Of a stretch of 64,000 nucleotides of DNA, positions 24,916-38,103 are shown in pieces. The DNA is from Azolla caroliniana. Lineage: Eukaryota > Plantae > Polypodiophyta. Below the pieces are notes generated by a model. The model was not told the origin of the DNA, did not search any database, and worked only from the letters and a program-made list of their open reading frames with translations. Each line of letters begins with the position of its first letter. Position 1 is the stretch's first letter. Location: the NCBI GenBank assembly GCA_043228905.1, contig JBHGNT010000007.1, positions 11,718,001 through 11,782,000 on the forward strand, read 5' to 3'. The translations under genes and the position numbers were made by a program.

Positions 24916-26427
24916 TTAAAGTGAAAAAGAGAATTAGAAGAGGAATATAAGAGGAAATTGATAATGTATTTGCAGTAAGAACAAGGGTTACAAGAATATG
25001 CCAAAGACTGGCATTGAACCAGAATGGTTCATCAATACTTACATACACATTTATATAGCATGGTTTGGATGCATGCATGCTTGCCACCTCGTAAGCACGC
25101 ATGATTACAACTTGGCATTCATTCTAGCATGACACTTGGATCATGTGTTAGCCTATGTGGGGGTGGTGACATTTCATAATATTACATATGTATTTTAATG
25201 ATCTAATAAACATTATAAAAAATAATATAATTCTTCCTAATGGTTAAGGTTATACATCTTGTTGAAAAGGTTATGGATTCAAACCTCTATTATGAGTTTA
25301 GAACTTTGGCATATGTTCATAATAATCGCATCTTACACATAAGATTGGGAGATTTAAAACAGGTAATATGTCGTATTTTGAGGACTATTTGTCAAAAAAT
25401 GACACAAAGTAGGTTGATTCACAAAAAGGGGTGCTACATGTGTAAAGGATATCCAAAATGTCCCAAAAATATATGGATTTCTAACATGTACGAAAATTTA
25501 GGCGTTCGAAAAGAGGCGTAAATAATGGACACGCCAAACTTACAAATGAATGTCCAAAATGACTACCTATATTCAGAGAAATTCGTGAATCTAGACTTTG
25601 ATGTATAAAACAATATTTACAGTTCCTATATCAAAACTATTGTTTTCTAAGTCTATGCCATCATCTTCAGACCCCTGAGATGAACTAGTAGGATTTTGTG
25701 AGGTTTCATCCTCATCATCAGTGGCAACTAATGCATTGTCTTCATCCAATTGCAATCCAACTGCACTGCGGCTATGAGTCATGCTTCTTGTTTGTCTTTG
25801 TACAATTGTATCTAGAGCCACATTTACGATCTTCGCCTTTAGTATCTTGATTGTGGTTTGTCGTAGATGGCTTGTTTGGTCAAAGAGAAGTCATACACTA
25901 GTATGTCAACATTATCCAATGTGAGAGTAGATGTGCTTGGTGCATTCTTTCTTCTTCACTTTCTGTTTGTGCCTCTAACATCTATAACCATCTCTAAAGA
26001 GTACTTCCTAGTAAATGCATTAGGGGAAGAGGTGTGATAACAATGAACCACAATAGATATCCACTATAATAAATATGAAAAGAATTCTTTCACAAAGTAA
26101 ATATTAAAAAATAAAAAATTATGATATTTAATTATGCACCTTTTAAAAAATTTTAAAATTAATTTAATTCGTTAATTTTAACATTCGTTGTACATAAATA
26201 TAGGTGCTCCCCTCATTGTCTCCATTGTGATTTAGGATTCTTGGAGCTTGGGAGCTCTCTACTACCTAAAATCGTAACTTTTTGCCTTGTCGCGTGCATC
26301 TTCAACAAGTACTGCAACATGAACCGTGGGAAGAAACCTGCAAGGTACCGGGTTTATCTTGCCAAAGTCTTTAGAATCTAAAAGATGTTTTTTCATTTTT
26401 CTTAGGTTTGGTGGGTCTATCGTTGTC

Positions 26428-26592
26428 AATCCAATGCAGTGCATCAGATTTTGGTAGGAGTCTTAGAATCCGATGCACTGCATTAGATTCTTGTTGACAA
26501 ACCAGGTTTTGAACTACAATCTGATGCAATGCATCAGATTCTCATAGAAAGCCCTAGATGTTAAACAAAAATCTGATGCACTACATCAGATT
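26428..26592. repeat. Four 23-bp palindromes AATCTGATGCA(N)TGCATCAGATT with unique spacers
   Basis: Copies at 26428, 26467, 26518 and 26570; spacers of 16, 28 and 29 bp. Confidence 0.9.
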
Positions 26593-26885
26593 CTTGTGGA
26601 AAATGTACGAAATTTAACTCATTTCCACTAGTTTTCTATGTAGTTATACTTCCATTTTGCTAGTTTTCACCACGTTTTTTGCTAAGAAATACTCATTTTA
26701 TGGATTTCAGTGAGCCTCGTGAAAAAATACTGACCTTTAAGCTAAAGATCCCCACTCCAACGAAGAGAAGTGAAGAGACGTTTGCATTGTTATTTAAATT
26801 TCTTCTCTCGAAATATTAGTAATTCAAGAATATGTCAATTATTCTACTTCTACAATGCTAGACAACCATTAAAGAATTTTATAGT

Positions 26886-27022
26886 TAACCCATTCCACAT
26901 GTATCTATTAAGAGCCTTTAAAGAAGATGGGAATTATTCAATCTTTCCATGTAACCCTTTCCACATGTAACTATTAAGAGCCTTTGAAGAATATGAGAAT
27001 TGTTTAATCTTTCCATGTAACT
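26886..27022. repeat. ~67-bp tandem duplication
   Basis: taaccc.ttccacatgta.ctattaagagccttt...tctttccatg occurs twice. Confidence 0.85.
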
Positions 27023-27702
27023 ACAAACTCCACACATAATTTTAAAATGCAAATAAAAAACCAAATATGTGGACTACCAATGGCCCCCTCTTCCATGGCA
27101 ATGCATCCTTGTCTGAAACAAAGTTACAATAGGCCTATTCTAAAATCAAGTTCTAAACATGACAACAAAGTGCAGAACCATGGTCTACATATTGAGACAA
27201 ATCAATAACAGAGTGGATTGCATTTAATACTTATGTTTATCTTGGGCCGGACTTCAACAACAAACACAAGGTACCTCCAAAAAATCAATCGCTGATATGA
27301 GTAATGGTTCGATCAACAACGAAAAATCCATCAATAACTCTTTTTGGTAAGCGAGTTGTTGAAACTATCTGGATCGAAACATCTTGAGAAATAGAGAGGG
27401 GTAAACGCCCTGAAGTTGTTTGGTCGTAATTCAATTCTCCTTCCGGATTGCTTCAGTATGATGGATTGAAGGAGTGCCACATTCTGAAAAGTGCAAAGCG
27501 CTTTCTAAAGTGAGGGCACTGTGAAGATGGAGAACGCAGGTCGGAGAGATGAATTAATGCTTCTTTACACTTATAAACTTATCCGGAACACATACATATC
27601 ATCCGATTATAGGTTATACACGTAAGATTAGAAATTGCAAGCACAGACGGCAAAGTAGACAAGATAAAGCAACAAAACTTATATTACTCACTCTCTAATA
27701 CA

Positions 27703-28292
27703 TAGCAATGGGCCCAGTTTTGGCTCAAACCAAACCAAACCGAAAAACCATGGCTTAACGGTTTATAGGTTCGAAGATAAATAAACGGTTTGGTTTGGTT
27801 TCAAATTTTACTCAGTTTCGGTTCAGTTCGGTTTGGTTTTGAATTTAACGGTTTAGTGGTTTATCGGCTTATCGGTTTTTGTTTATGTGGCTTGGTTTAA
27901 AGGTTTATAGGTTAAAAAATATTCATAAATTTTCCCTATAAGCTCCAACTTTCAACTTTTAATTGTAAACTCTAGTTTTAACTTATTAAATTTTATATGC
28001 ATTATATGTAGAGTCCTCTTTTCATTTATGATGACAAAATTTATGATTAGTATGATGATTAGTATCAATAAAAAATGGTTTGGTTTAGTTTGGTTTTGAT
28101 TTATGATAAACCGGTTTGGTTTTAAATGGTTGGCTTTTTCTTATTCTTTAAACGGTTTGGTTTAACTGTTCGACTCTAAACGGTTCGGTTTAAATGGCTT
28201 CAAAATTTGTAAACAGTTTGGTTTGGTTTTTATTATTAATAAATGGTTTGGTTTGGTTTCAAGGCCAAGAAACCGAACCGGGCCCATTGCTA
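27703..28292. mobile_element. hAT-type MITE
   Basis: Perfect 13-bp TIR TAGCAATGGGCCC / GGGCCCATTGCTA; many AAACC/GGTTT subterminal motifs; TAATACA on both flanks (right copy offset by a few bases). Confidence 0.85.
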
Positions 28293-28737
28293 GTAGTAAT
28301 ACATACAATCCGGATCCCTTATATAAGCATTCAGTTTAGATACAAAACGGTGCATTCATCGGCTGTCAAAATACAAAATGGCGCGGATCTAGATCGGTAC
28401 ATTCATCCCAATCCATCACTACTTAATATAATATTCCATTTATCTAATGTCCGACTTCCGGCTCATACCTCCGAAACATACTCTCTTCTTTGGTCAACAC
28501 ATGGCACGCCCATTGGACAATGTCTTGCATTTCGAACCTAGGGGTCATCTCTTCTATTCCTCCTCGAGTATGTCTAGGATGTCCTAATCTACCAGTTTCA
28601 ACTGCTCTTCTTCTTCTGTCTTCCATTGTTGTCGCTCATCTGCATGCCGTTGTTGCCTGGGTGCTTGATCTGCATGCTGCTCCGGTTGTGTCTCCGACTG
28701 ATCCGTTTGCGACTCCATGGCATATTACAAACTGGCT

Positions 28738-30523
28738 CTACCGGATAGCAACAGTGGAGAGAAAGGTTCAATGGAAGCTTAACACAAAGAATATGCGCGG
28801 GAGAGACAGAGAGAGAAAAACATAAACTTTATTAAAAAATAACACTCTATAACTTTATACATACAATATGCTTCACAACACTATTTATACAAGTCCTTAG
28901 AGGATTGATAGAAGCAACATGTACTTCAATGCTCATACGAGCGACTAACACTAACTACGAGGACTTTGACTACCTCGTAGTCTAGATGCGTATAGGCTAC
29001 TACTAGCCTTCCGGTTCACATTTGAATACAACTCCCCGATCTGGTTCCTGCTTTTGGATATCATCCGGATATCATTCGATTCTTCGTTCCAAATACCGAT
29101 CCGGCTCAAGCTTATCTAGCCGATCCAGATCCGGTTGAGCTTGCTTGCTCAACAATCCCCCTCAAGCTCAACTTGAGGTCGGATCGTGGTGTTAGTGTTT
29201 GTAGTAGCCAGTCCTTCCATCAGGCTCCTTATAGCGTTGTTTCGCCTTGCTCGCGCTCCTCGTCCGGTCCGGTCCCATTTCCCGCGACCCTTCTGGTTCT
29301 GCGCACCTCGACCTCCTCAGTCGGCCTATCTGCTCAGCAGGCCCATCTCAACTCCTTGGCTGTTACGACTTAGACGCTTGTCAATCTCTTGGTTCTTCCA
29401 TTTGGGTGTCGACTTCCATTGCCTTCTCGTCCGCTTGGCCTTTATTTGCTTCAGCTCCTCCGAACCTTGAACCAAATCAGCTTCCACCGATTCGTTCCAA
29501 CTCTTGTTCGAGTTGATAATCTCCAACTAGTCTTCCGTTTTTAGGCCCTTCACCACATCGGACCACGTCCGGGTCTTGGTTTGCTTCTCGTCGACCCAGT
29601 CCTTCTTGACTCTATCGCCTCTGCTGCTTGCTCTAACTTGTTCGGATGTACCGACTCCTTCATTCGGCTCGTCTTCCTTTTTCTGCTTATCTCCCCCCTT
29701 GGTTCTTTCTTCCTCTTCGGCTCCTTGTCCGGTGCCATCCATTCCCATTCTTGTTCTCCCCTTCAAGTGCGGCACCTCGAGATGTTGAATGCCGAGCATC
29801 TCTGAAAAATGTTGCAACTTGTCCAATCCGAGTGGCTTGGTGAAGATATCGGTAGCTTGCCAAGCCATGTGAACATACCGAAGTTCAACTTCACCGCTTA
29901 GGACCCGCTCACGTACAAAGTGATCCGTTCCCGTTCTTGTTCTCCCCTTCAAGTGCGGCACATCAAGATGTTGAATGCCGAGCATCTCTGAAAAATGTTG
30001 CAACTTGTCCAATCTGAGTGGCTTGGTGAAGATATCGGCAACTTGCCAATCCATGTGAACATACCGATGTTCAACTTCACCGCTTAGGACCCGCTCCCGT
30101 TCTTGTTCTCCCCTTCAAGTGCGGCACATCGAGATGCTGAATGCTGAGCATCTCTGAAAAATGCTGCAACTTGTCCAATCTGAGTGGCTTGGTGAAGATA
30201 TCGGCAACTTGCCAATCCATGTGAACATACCGAAGTTCAACTTCACCGCTTAGGACCCGCTCACGTACAAAGTGATAATGCACTTCTATGTGCTTTGTCT
30301 GAGCATGGAATACGGGATTCTTGGCGAGTTGTATGCTGCTTATGTTGTCGTAGTAGATCAGGATCGGGGTCTAGAAGCAGTCGCCAAAGCCAGATGGCTT
30401 CACATGTGGCAATGGTAATTCGTCAATATTCAGCCTCAGTGCTCGATAGAGCCATTGTTGGCTGCTTTTTGATGCTCTACGCAATAGCCGCACTACCAAG
30501 AGAAAACCTGAAACCGGTGGTGG
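28738..30523 (-). mobile_element. Copia family B host element 3' part: truncated 3' LTR (to 29154), PPT, 3' region and RNase H with internal triplication
   Basis: ...GCTCAACA followed by ATCCCCCTCAAGC; HYHFVRERVLSGEVELRYV..ADIFTKPL occurs three times. Confidence 0.92.
29738..30275. repeat. Triplication of the RNase H C-terminal segment (periods 186 and 166 bp)
   Basis: ttcttgttctccccttcaagtgcggcac occurs three times; only one copy in the paralogous block at 36271-37221. Confidence 0.92.
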
Positions 30524-30847
30524 TGTTGAGCGGCAAGCTCAATTGGAGCTGGATGGGCTGGATAAGCCTAAGTTGGTGAGCGAGATGGATCAGTGAGCCA
30601 GTGAGCACCCGGTGAGCAAAGAGCCAGTGAGCTGGGGAGCCGGTCAGCCAGATCCATCAGTAACCGGAAGCCTAGTAGCAACTAGACTACTAGGGAGTTA
30701 TTACTCTCGTAGTTATTGTCAGGCGCTAGAGTGAGCATTGAAGTACACCGTACTTTTGTCAGTCCGTATGGACTTGTATAAAAGTGTTCGCTGAACACAT
30801 ACTATGTACAGAGCGTTGATATAATTTTTTGAATAGAGATTCTTGTT

Positions 30848-30878
<31 letters not shown>

Positions 30879-33800
30879 CCGCGTACTGTTAAGCTCTCCA
30901 TTAAACTTGTTCTCTGTTCTCTGTTTTCTATTTTTATTGCTTCCGCACGCTATTTGTTTTTACATGGTATCAGTGCGCGAGGGTTGAGAACCTCTGCAGC
31001 CGACATAGCTTGAAAGGAAAACTTTCGTAAAGAACAGGAAAAGAAAAATGGATAGAGGAATGGCTAGCTCGCTCCCGATGGAAAAGCTCGATAGAACCAA
31101 CTACGCATCTTGGTCTTACAAGATGCACCAGTACCTGCTTGGGCATGGGTACTGGAGCTATGTGGACGGAGCTAACGACACAACAACTAATGCGGCACAC
31201 AAGGACTTCTCGGTGTGGGAACAATCGGCAAGTAGAGTAATGTACTTCTTCGCATCCAGTGTCGGAGACCAGCTGCTGAGCCACGTCCGAGATGCCGGGA
31301 CGCCGAAAGAGGCTTGGGGAAACCTGAAGAAGGTGTTCACTGCACGCACCATAGCCCGGAAGTTGCAACTCCGATAGGAGTTGAGCAATGTCCGACAGAG
31401 GGACATGTAAGTGGCTGATTACATGGCCCGAATCAAAGAGATCTGTGACTCGCTTGCCTCTATCAATGTCCTGGTAGAGGAAGAAGAGATGGTACAAGTT
31501 TGTCTTGGGGGCCTGGCATCTAAATTCTGAACTTTCTGGACAACAGTATGTACGAGGGAGAATACGCCGTCATTTTTCGACTTACAGTCCATGCTCCTTG
31601 TAGAGGAGAACCACGCCGGTGTGTCAACAAGTGCACCCACCGTCAACCGGATGCTGTACACGGAGGCAGATCGGGCCCGTGGGCGTGGTGGATGAGGCCG
31701 GTCGGCACGCAATGGAGGCAGCAGGCAAGGGCAAGACCGACGGCACAGAGACCGTGCCGACAACAGTTCTGGGACTTCCACAAGTAGGGGGAGTCAAGGC
31801 GGCGCCGGAAGCCGGAAAGAAAAATCCGCCACGGAATGCTGGTACTGTGGTAAAAAGGGCCACAGAGAAAGCGAGTGCTGGAAGATGGGCGCCGATTCGG
31901 ATAGATCTGGATCCGGCAAAACAGGTCGGGAGAACCGGCAAAGCTCGCACTACGCACAAGGATCGAGAGGATCCGGAACCGGGAAGACCGGTAAGGGGCC
32001 GGCCTTGATGATGAAGCATGAGGTAAACTCGATGAAGAAGACCACTTCCAAATCGGAGGAAGTGTGGTACGTTGATTCCGGTGCGTCAAATCACATGACG
32101 AGCCACAAAGAGTGGTTCTCCTTCTTGGAGAAACCATAACAATCGGGAGTTGTCGAAACCGGAGACGACACTCCTCACCCAATCGTGCATGTCGGAGAAG
32201 TTCCCCTGAGCCACGTCGAACAGAGGGGAAAACTGATGAACGTATTAAATGTTCCGACTATCATGGAAAACCTAGTATCGGTCGGACAGATCATCAACCA
32301 GGGAATGCATGTGCGGTTTACGCACCTTGGGTGCTTCATCGAGGAGGAGGGCCAGATTATCACGCAAGGGCGCAGAGATGAGAGGATGTTCATCCTCGAC
32401 ACCAATGACGTCGGCACCACCTTGTTCGCCAAAGGACAGAAGGTTGAATCAGACATTGACCTATGGCACAAGCGGATCGGCCACGTCAATTACCGGCGGC
32501 TTCAAGACTTGCAAACGAAACAAGTTGTTTTCGGTTTGCCGAAGTTTAGTGGCCGGAAGGCCCAAGTATGTGAAGCTTGCCAACTCGGGAAGCAACACCG
32601 ACTTCCATTCCCCACCGAACAAAACCGTAGACGTAACAAGCTTGACCTTATTCATTTGGATGTATGGGGACTGACACAAAACGCGAGCCTTGGTGGGAGT
32701 TGATACTTCGTCTCCTTCATCGACGACTATAGCCGACACACATGGATCTACCTCATTGAGTGGAAGAGCGAAGTCTTCGACTGTTTCCGGAACCTCCAGA
32801 GCATGGTGGAATGGGAATCGGAGAGGAAGATCAAGTGCCTACGGTCAGATGGCGGAAAAGAATATTTTTCTGGCCAATTCAACAGTTATCTGCAGCAAAC
32901 GGGAATTCGAAGAGAGTTCAGTTGCAGATACACACCGGAGCAAAACGGTGTGGCCGAAAGGAAGAACCGGTCGCTTGTCGACGTGGCAAGGGCAATGATG
33001 GAAGAGGAGAGCATGCCCCATTTCTACTGGGCGGAGGCGGTCCGGACGGCCATCTACATCCAAAACCGGATCGGTGACAAGGTGTCCGCGCATGAGCTGT
33101 ATTTCAGGCGCAAGCCGAATTTGAGACACCTTCGGATTTTCGGAAGCATTGCATATGTGCACGTGCTGGATGCAAAGTCAAAGGAAGCTGGATGCAAAAT
33201 CGGAGAAGTGCATCCTCATCGGCTACTCACATGAGCAAAAGGGGTATAAGTGTTATAACCCCTGGACGAAGCAGGTCCGAGTTAGCCGCGATGTTGAGTT
33301 TGATGAGATAGCATCATGGTATGCCTTACCAGCTTCGACTTCTAACCCCGACCCGATACTGGAGGATGAGGCTAGTGAGCCTGAACCGGTCCAGTTAGAA
33401 GATGATGAATCCGGGACTCCAGAAGAGAGTCTAGAATTGTTTCGGTTGAGTGGGCCGAACGAGAGACTAGGTCAATCCGACCAATTAGAAGAAGAATCGG
33501 CGAGTAGTGAAGACTCTGTCGTGCTCTCCCCGCGCAAGGAATCGAGGAGATGGTTCACGTGCAAAGAGAAGGGGAAGAAGAAGACGCTGGATTATGGAAC
33601 CGGTATTGATGAGTCGAATCGGAGTGGATCCGACTCCGGAAAGGAAAATGATGGTTCTTTGGCACCGAAGACCGAACCGGCCAAGAAGGCCCTCAGACCG
33701 GGTAACGGTAGCTTACGATGGTCAACCCGCCAGAAGGAACCTGTTAAGCGGTACGGGTACAATGAGTACATGGCACATCACTATGCGTACATGACCAAGG

Positions 33801-36270
33801 TGGCAGAAGTGCGTGAGTCGGAGAGCTATGCAGAAGCGGCAAAGGACGCACATTGGCGTGCCGCTATGGAAGAAGAGATGCGAGCACTTGATGCCAACGA
33901 TACATGGAACCTGGTTGACCCTCCCCGTCACAGTAAACCGATCGGATGCATGTGGGTGTACAAGGTAAAGTACAATGCCGACGGTTTAGTTAACCGGTAC
34001 AAGGCCCGATTAGTGGCGAAGGGATACGCACAGACCCATGGAATCGACTATGACGAGACCTTCGCTCCAGTAGTGAAGATGACGACGGTTTGTGTGGTGT
34101 TGGCGGTTGCAGCAGCAAGGGGGTGGCATCTTCACCAGATGGATGTGAAGAATGCATTTCTTCAAGGAGATCTTGAAGAAGAGGTCTTTATGATACAACC
34201 CCTCAGTTTCCACACGGAGATGAACAAGTCGGCGGTACGCCGGCTGAAGAAGTCACTTTATGGCCTGAATCAAGCCCCCCGAGCTTGGAATGCAAACATC
34301 ACGCACCGGTTGCGTAAGATGGGGTTTGCGGCCTCTAAGTCTGACTCTTCGTTGTTCATCCGGCAAGGTCCGGACGGTCCGTTTTGCATATTGCTGTACG
34401 TTGATGATCTGGTCATCACCGGACCCGGATTCGATGAAATCAGCCGAGTCAAGTCCTAGTTGTCGGATGCGTTTGAGAGGAAGGACCTGGGGGACCTTCA
34501 TTATTTTCTTGGGATCGAGGTGATCCGAACGCCCAACAGCATATTGCTCTCACAAAGGCACTATGTGTTAAATATGCTGTACAAGTTCAGCATGACGGAA
34601 TGCCGACCTATCTCTACTCCCGTGGACCGGAACCAGAAGCTCCGTCCCGACTCCAGACCGGCCTGTGATGAGAAATGGTTCAAACAAATTGTCGGAAGCC
34701 TTATATATTTGACCATCACCCGACCCGACATCAGCTATCCGGTAGGTGTGATTAGCCAATTCATGCAGAAGCTGACCGTAGAGCATCTTCAATGCGCGCA
34801 CAGAATACTACGGTATGTAAGCAGCACGAAGGACCGAGGACTGTTATACCGGCGCGGTATAACCGAAGAGTTGGTCGGTTACACAGATGCCGACTGGGCC
34901 GTCGATGCATAAAATCGCCGATCAACCTCCGGTTATATGTTTTCCCTAGGTAGCGCGACTGTTGCGTGGAGCAGCGAAAAGTAGCCAACATTTGCTCTGT
35001 TGAGCACTGAGGCTGAGTATCGGGGCACTACCATTGCCACCTGTGAAGCCATTTGGCTTCGACGACTGCTACAAGACCTATGGATCGGGGTACAGACCCC
35101 GATTCTGATCTTTTGCGACAACATAAGCAGCATGCAGCTCACCAAGAACCCCGTATTCCATGCTCGCACAAAGCACATCGAAGTGCACTATCACTTTGTG
35201 CGTGAGCGTGTCCTGAGCGGTGAGGTCGAACTTTGGTATGTTCACACGGATCGGCAAGTTGCCGAAATCTTCACCAAACCACTCGGATTAGACAAGTTGC
35301 AGCACTTCACCGAAATGCTTGGTATTCAGCATCTCGACGTGCCACACTTGAAGGGGAGAACGGGCAAATGCAAAGAGACTACAACTTGCGCCGGTGAGGG
35401 AAGAACCGACGAAGGGAGAGTCAAGAAGAAGATAGGAGCCGAGACGACAAAGGAAGTCGACACATCCGAACAAGTCGGAATAAGCGGCAACAGCGGCAGA
35501 GTCAAGAAGGACAGAGCCGACTAGAAGAAGAAGGCCAAGACCTGGACATGGTCCGATGTGGTGAAGGGACTGGAACCAAAAGACGAATCGGAAGCAACCG
35601 ATTCAGATAAGAGTTGGAACGAATCGGACACAGTCGATTCGGCTCAACAGACAGATTCGGAAGAACTAGATCAATTCAAGGCCAAGAGGACGAGAAGGCA
35701 GCGAAAGTCGACGCCAACACGAAGCAATCGGCGAACCGGCACGCGACGAAGTCACAACATCAAGGGAGCTGAATTGGGTCTGTTGAGTAGACAAGCCGAC
35801 TGAGGAGGTCGAGGTGCGCAGAACAAAGAGGGGTCGCGGCAAACAGAACCGGACCGGACGAGGAGCGCGAGCAAGGCGGAGTAACGCCAGAAGGAGTCGG
35901 GCCGAAGGACCAGTTGACACAGACATTAACACTACGACTGGACCTTAAGTTGAGCTTGAGGGGGAGTGTTGAGTGGCAAGCTCAATTGGAGCCGAATCGG
36001 CTAGATAAGCCTTAGCAGGTGAGTGAGACGGATCGGTGAGCCGGTGAGCACCCGGTGAGCAAAGAACTAGTGAATTGCGGAGCCGGTCAGCCGGATCCAT
36101 TAGTAACCGGAAGCCTAGTAGCAGCTAGACTACTAGGGATTTATTACTCTCGTAGTTAATGTCAGGCGCTCGAGTGAGCATTGAAGTACACCGTACTTCT
36201 GTTATTCCGTATGGACTTGTATAAAAGTGTTCACTAAACACATACTATGTACAGAGCGTTGATATAATTT
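30524..36270 (+). mobile_element. Near full-length copia family B element nested in the host RNase H; gag-pol with multiple stops and frameshifts
   Basis: 5' LTR 30524-30964, PBS TGGTATCAGTGC at 30965, gag from 31048, PR, INT, RT (LYVDDLVIT), RNase H, PPT GAGGGGGAG at 35958-35966, 3' LTR from 35967 broken at ~36270; left flank GGTGG. Confidence 0.95.
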
Positions 36271-37656
36271 CCGGCTCCTTCTAGCGTTGTTTCGCCTTGC
36301 TCGCGCTCCTCATCCGGTCCGGTCCCATTTCCTACGACCCTTCTGGTTCCGCGCACCTCGACCTCCTCGTCCGGCCTATCTGCTCAGCAGGCCCATCTCA
36401 ACTCCTTGGCTGTGACGACTTCGACACTTGTCAACCCCTTGGTTCCTCCGTTTAGGTGTCGACTTCCACTGCCTTCTCGTCCGCTTGGCCTTTATTTGTT
36501 TCGGCTCCTCCGAACCTTGAACCGAATCAGCTTCCTCTGATTCATTCCAACTCTTGTCCGAGTTGATAATCTCCAACTAGTCTTCCGTTTCTAGGCCCTT
36601 CACCACATCGGACCACGTCCGGGTCTTGGTTTGCTTCTCGTCGACCCAGTCCTTCTTGACTCTATCGCCTCTGCTGCTTGCTCCGACTTGTTCAGATGTA
36701 CCGTCTCCTTCATTCAACTCGTCTTCCTTTTTCTGCTTATCTCCCCCCTTGGTTCTTTCTTCCTCTCCGGCTCCTTGTCCGGTGCCATCCGTTCCCGTTC
36801 TTGTTCTCCCCTTCAAGTGCGGCACATCGAGATGCTGAATGCCGAGCATCTCTGAAAAATGTTGCAACTAGTCCAATCTGAGTGGCTTGGTAAAGATATC
36901 AGTAACTTGCCAATCCATGTGAACATACCGAAGTTCAACTTCACCGCTTAGGACCCGCTCACGTACAAAGTGATAATGCACTTCTATGTGCTTTGTCTGA
37001 GCATGGAATACGGGATTCTTGGTGAGCTGTATGTTGCTTATGTTGTCGTAGTAGATCAGGATCGGGGTCTAGAAGCAGTCGCCGAAGCCAGATGGCTTCA
37101 CATGTGGCAATGGTAGTTCCTCGGTATTCAGCCTCAGTGCTCGATAGAGCCATTGTTGGCTGCTTTTTGATGCTCTACGCAAAAGCCGCACTACCAAGAG
37201 AAAACCTGAAACCAGAGGTGGTGTTGAGCGGCAAGCTTAATTGGAGCTGGATCGGCTGGATAAGCTTGAGCCGGTGAGCGAGATGGATCGGTGAGCCGGT
37301 GAGCACCCGGTGATCAAAGAGCCAGTGAGCTAGGGAGCCGGTCATCTGGATCCATCAGTAACCGGAAGCCTAGTAGCAACTAGACTACTAGGGAGTTATT
37401 ACTCTCGTAGTTATTGTCAGGCGCTCGAGTGAGCATTGAAGTACACCGTACTTTTGTCAGTCTGTATGGACTTGTATAAAAGTGTTCGCTAAACACATAC
37501 TATGTACAGAGCGTTGATAGAATTTTTTGAATAGAGGTTCTTGTTCTCTCTCTCTCTCTCTGTGTCTCTCCCGCGTAATGTTAAGCTCTCCATTAAACTT
37601 GTTCTCTGTTCTCTGTGTTCTGTTTTTATTGCTTCCGGACGCTATTTGTTTTTACA
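36271..37656. repeat. Duplicate of 29221-30964 (host 3' region + RNase H + LTR)
   Basis: Colinear from c.ggctcctt.tagcgttgtttcgcc through the same GGTGG|TGTTGAGCGG junction; both copies share the same internal deletion (CEAIWLRRLL|LDPDP). Confidence 0.93.
37222..37656 (+). mobile_element. Family B LTR flanked on both sides by TSD GGTGG
   Basis: GGTGG at 37217-37221 and 37657-37661; TG..CA ends. Confidence 0.93.
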
Positions 37657-38103
37657 GGTGGATCGACGGTCCGATGCATCACCAGCTCAGTCGGCATCTG
37701 TGTATCCGACTAGCTCTTCAGCTATACAGTGTCGGTATAGCAGTCTCCGGTCCTTTGTGCTGCTCACGTATCGCAATAGTCGATACACGCATTGAAGGTG
37801 CTCCACGGTTGGCTTCTGCATAAACTGGCTGATCACCCCAACTGGAAAACTGATGTCAGGTCGGGTGATCGCCAAGTATAGAAGGCTTCTGACAATTCGT
37901 CGGAACCGTTTCTCATTACAGGCCAGTCCGGAGTCGGGACGTAGCTTCAGGTTCCGGTCTAGGGGCTTAGAGATCGGTCGACATTCTGTCATGCCAAACT
38001 TGTATAGCATATTCAACACATAATGGCGTTGTGAGAGCAATATGCCGTCAGGAGTCTGGATCACCTCAATCCCAAGAAAATAATGAAGGTCCCCCAGGTG
38101 CTT
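37657..38103 (-). mobile_element. Continuation of host copia RT/RNase H, truncated
   Basis: LGDLHYFLGIEVIQTP...ELVGYTDAD in ORF 37687..38208. Confidence 0.9.

Larger units (their letters stand above)
23118..26753. mobile_element. Probable non-autonomous Mutator-like DNA transposon with captured gene fragments
   Basis: Degenerate TIRs: left GATCTTTATCTAAAA...TTTCAC and right (reverse complement) GATCTTTAGCTTAAA...TTTCAC in the same register; subterminal repeats; no convincing TSD or transposase. Confidence 0.45.

Noticed and set aside
25591-25821. Acidic 76-aa ORF as a transposase C-terminal tail
   Set aside because: No catalytic or dimerisation motif visible; cannot be supported.
26428-26592. 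CRISPR array
   Set aside because: Eukaryotic context, no cas genes or leader, irregular spacer lengths and degenerate repeats.
27090-28735. Coding-like segments either side of the MITE
   Set aside because: Short, stop-interrupted frames with no recognisable motif; left unassigned.
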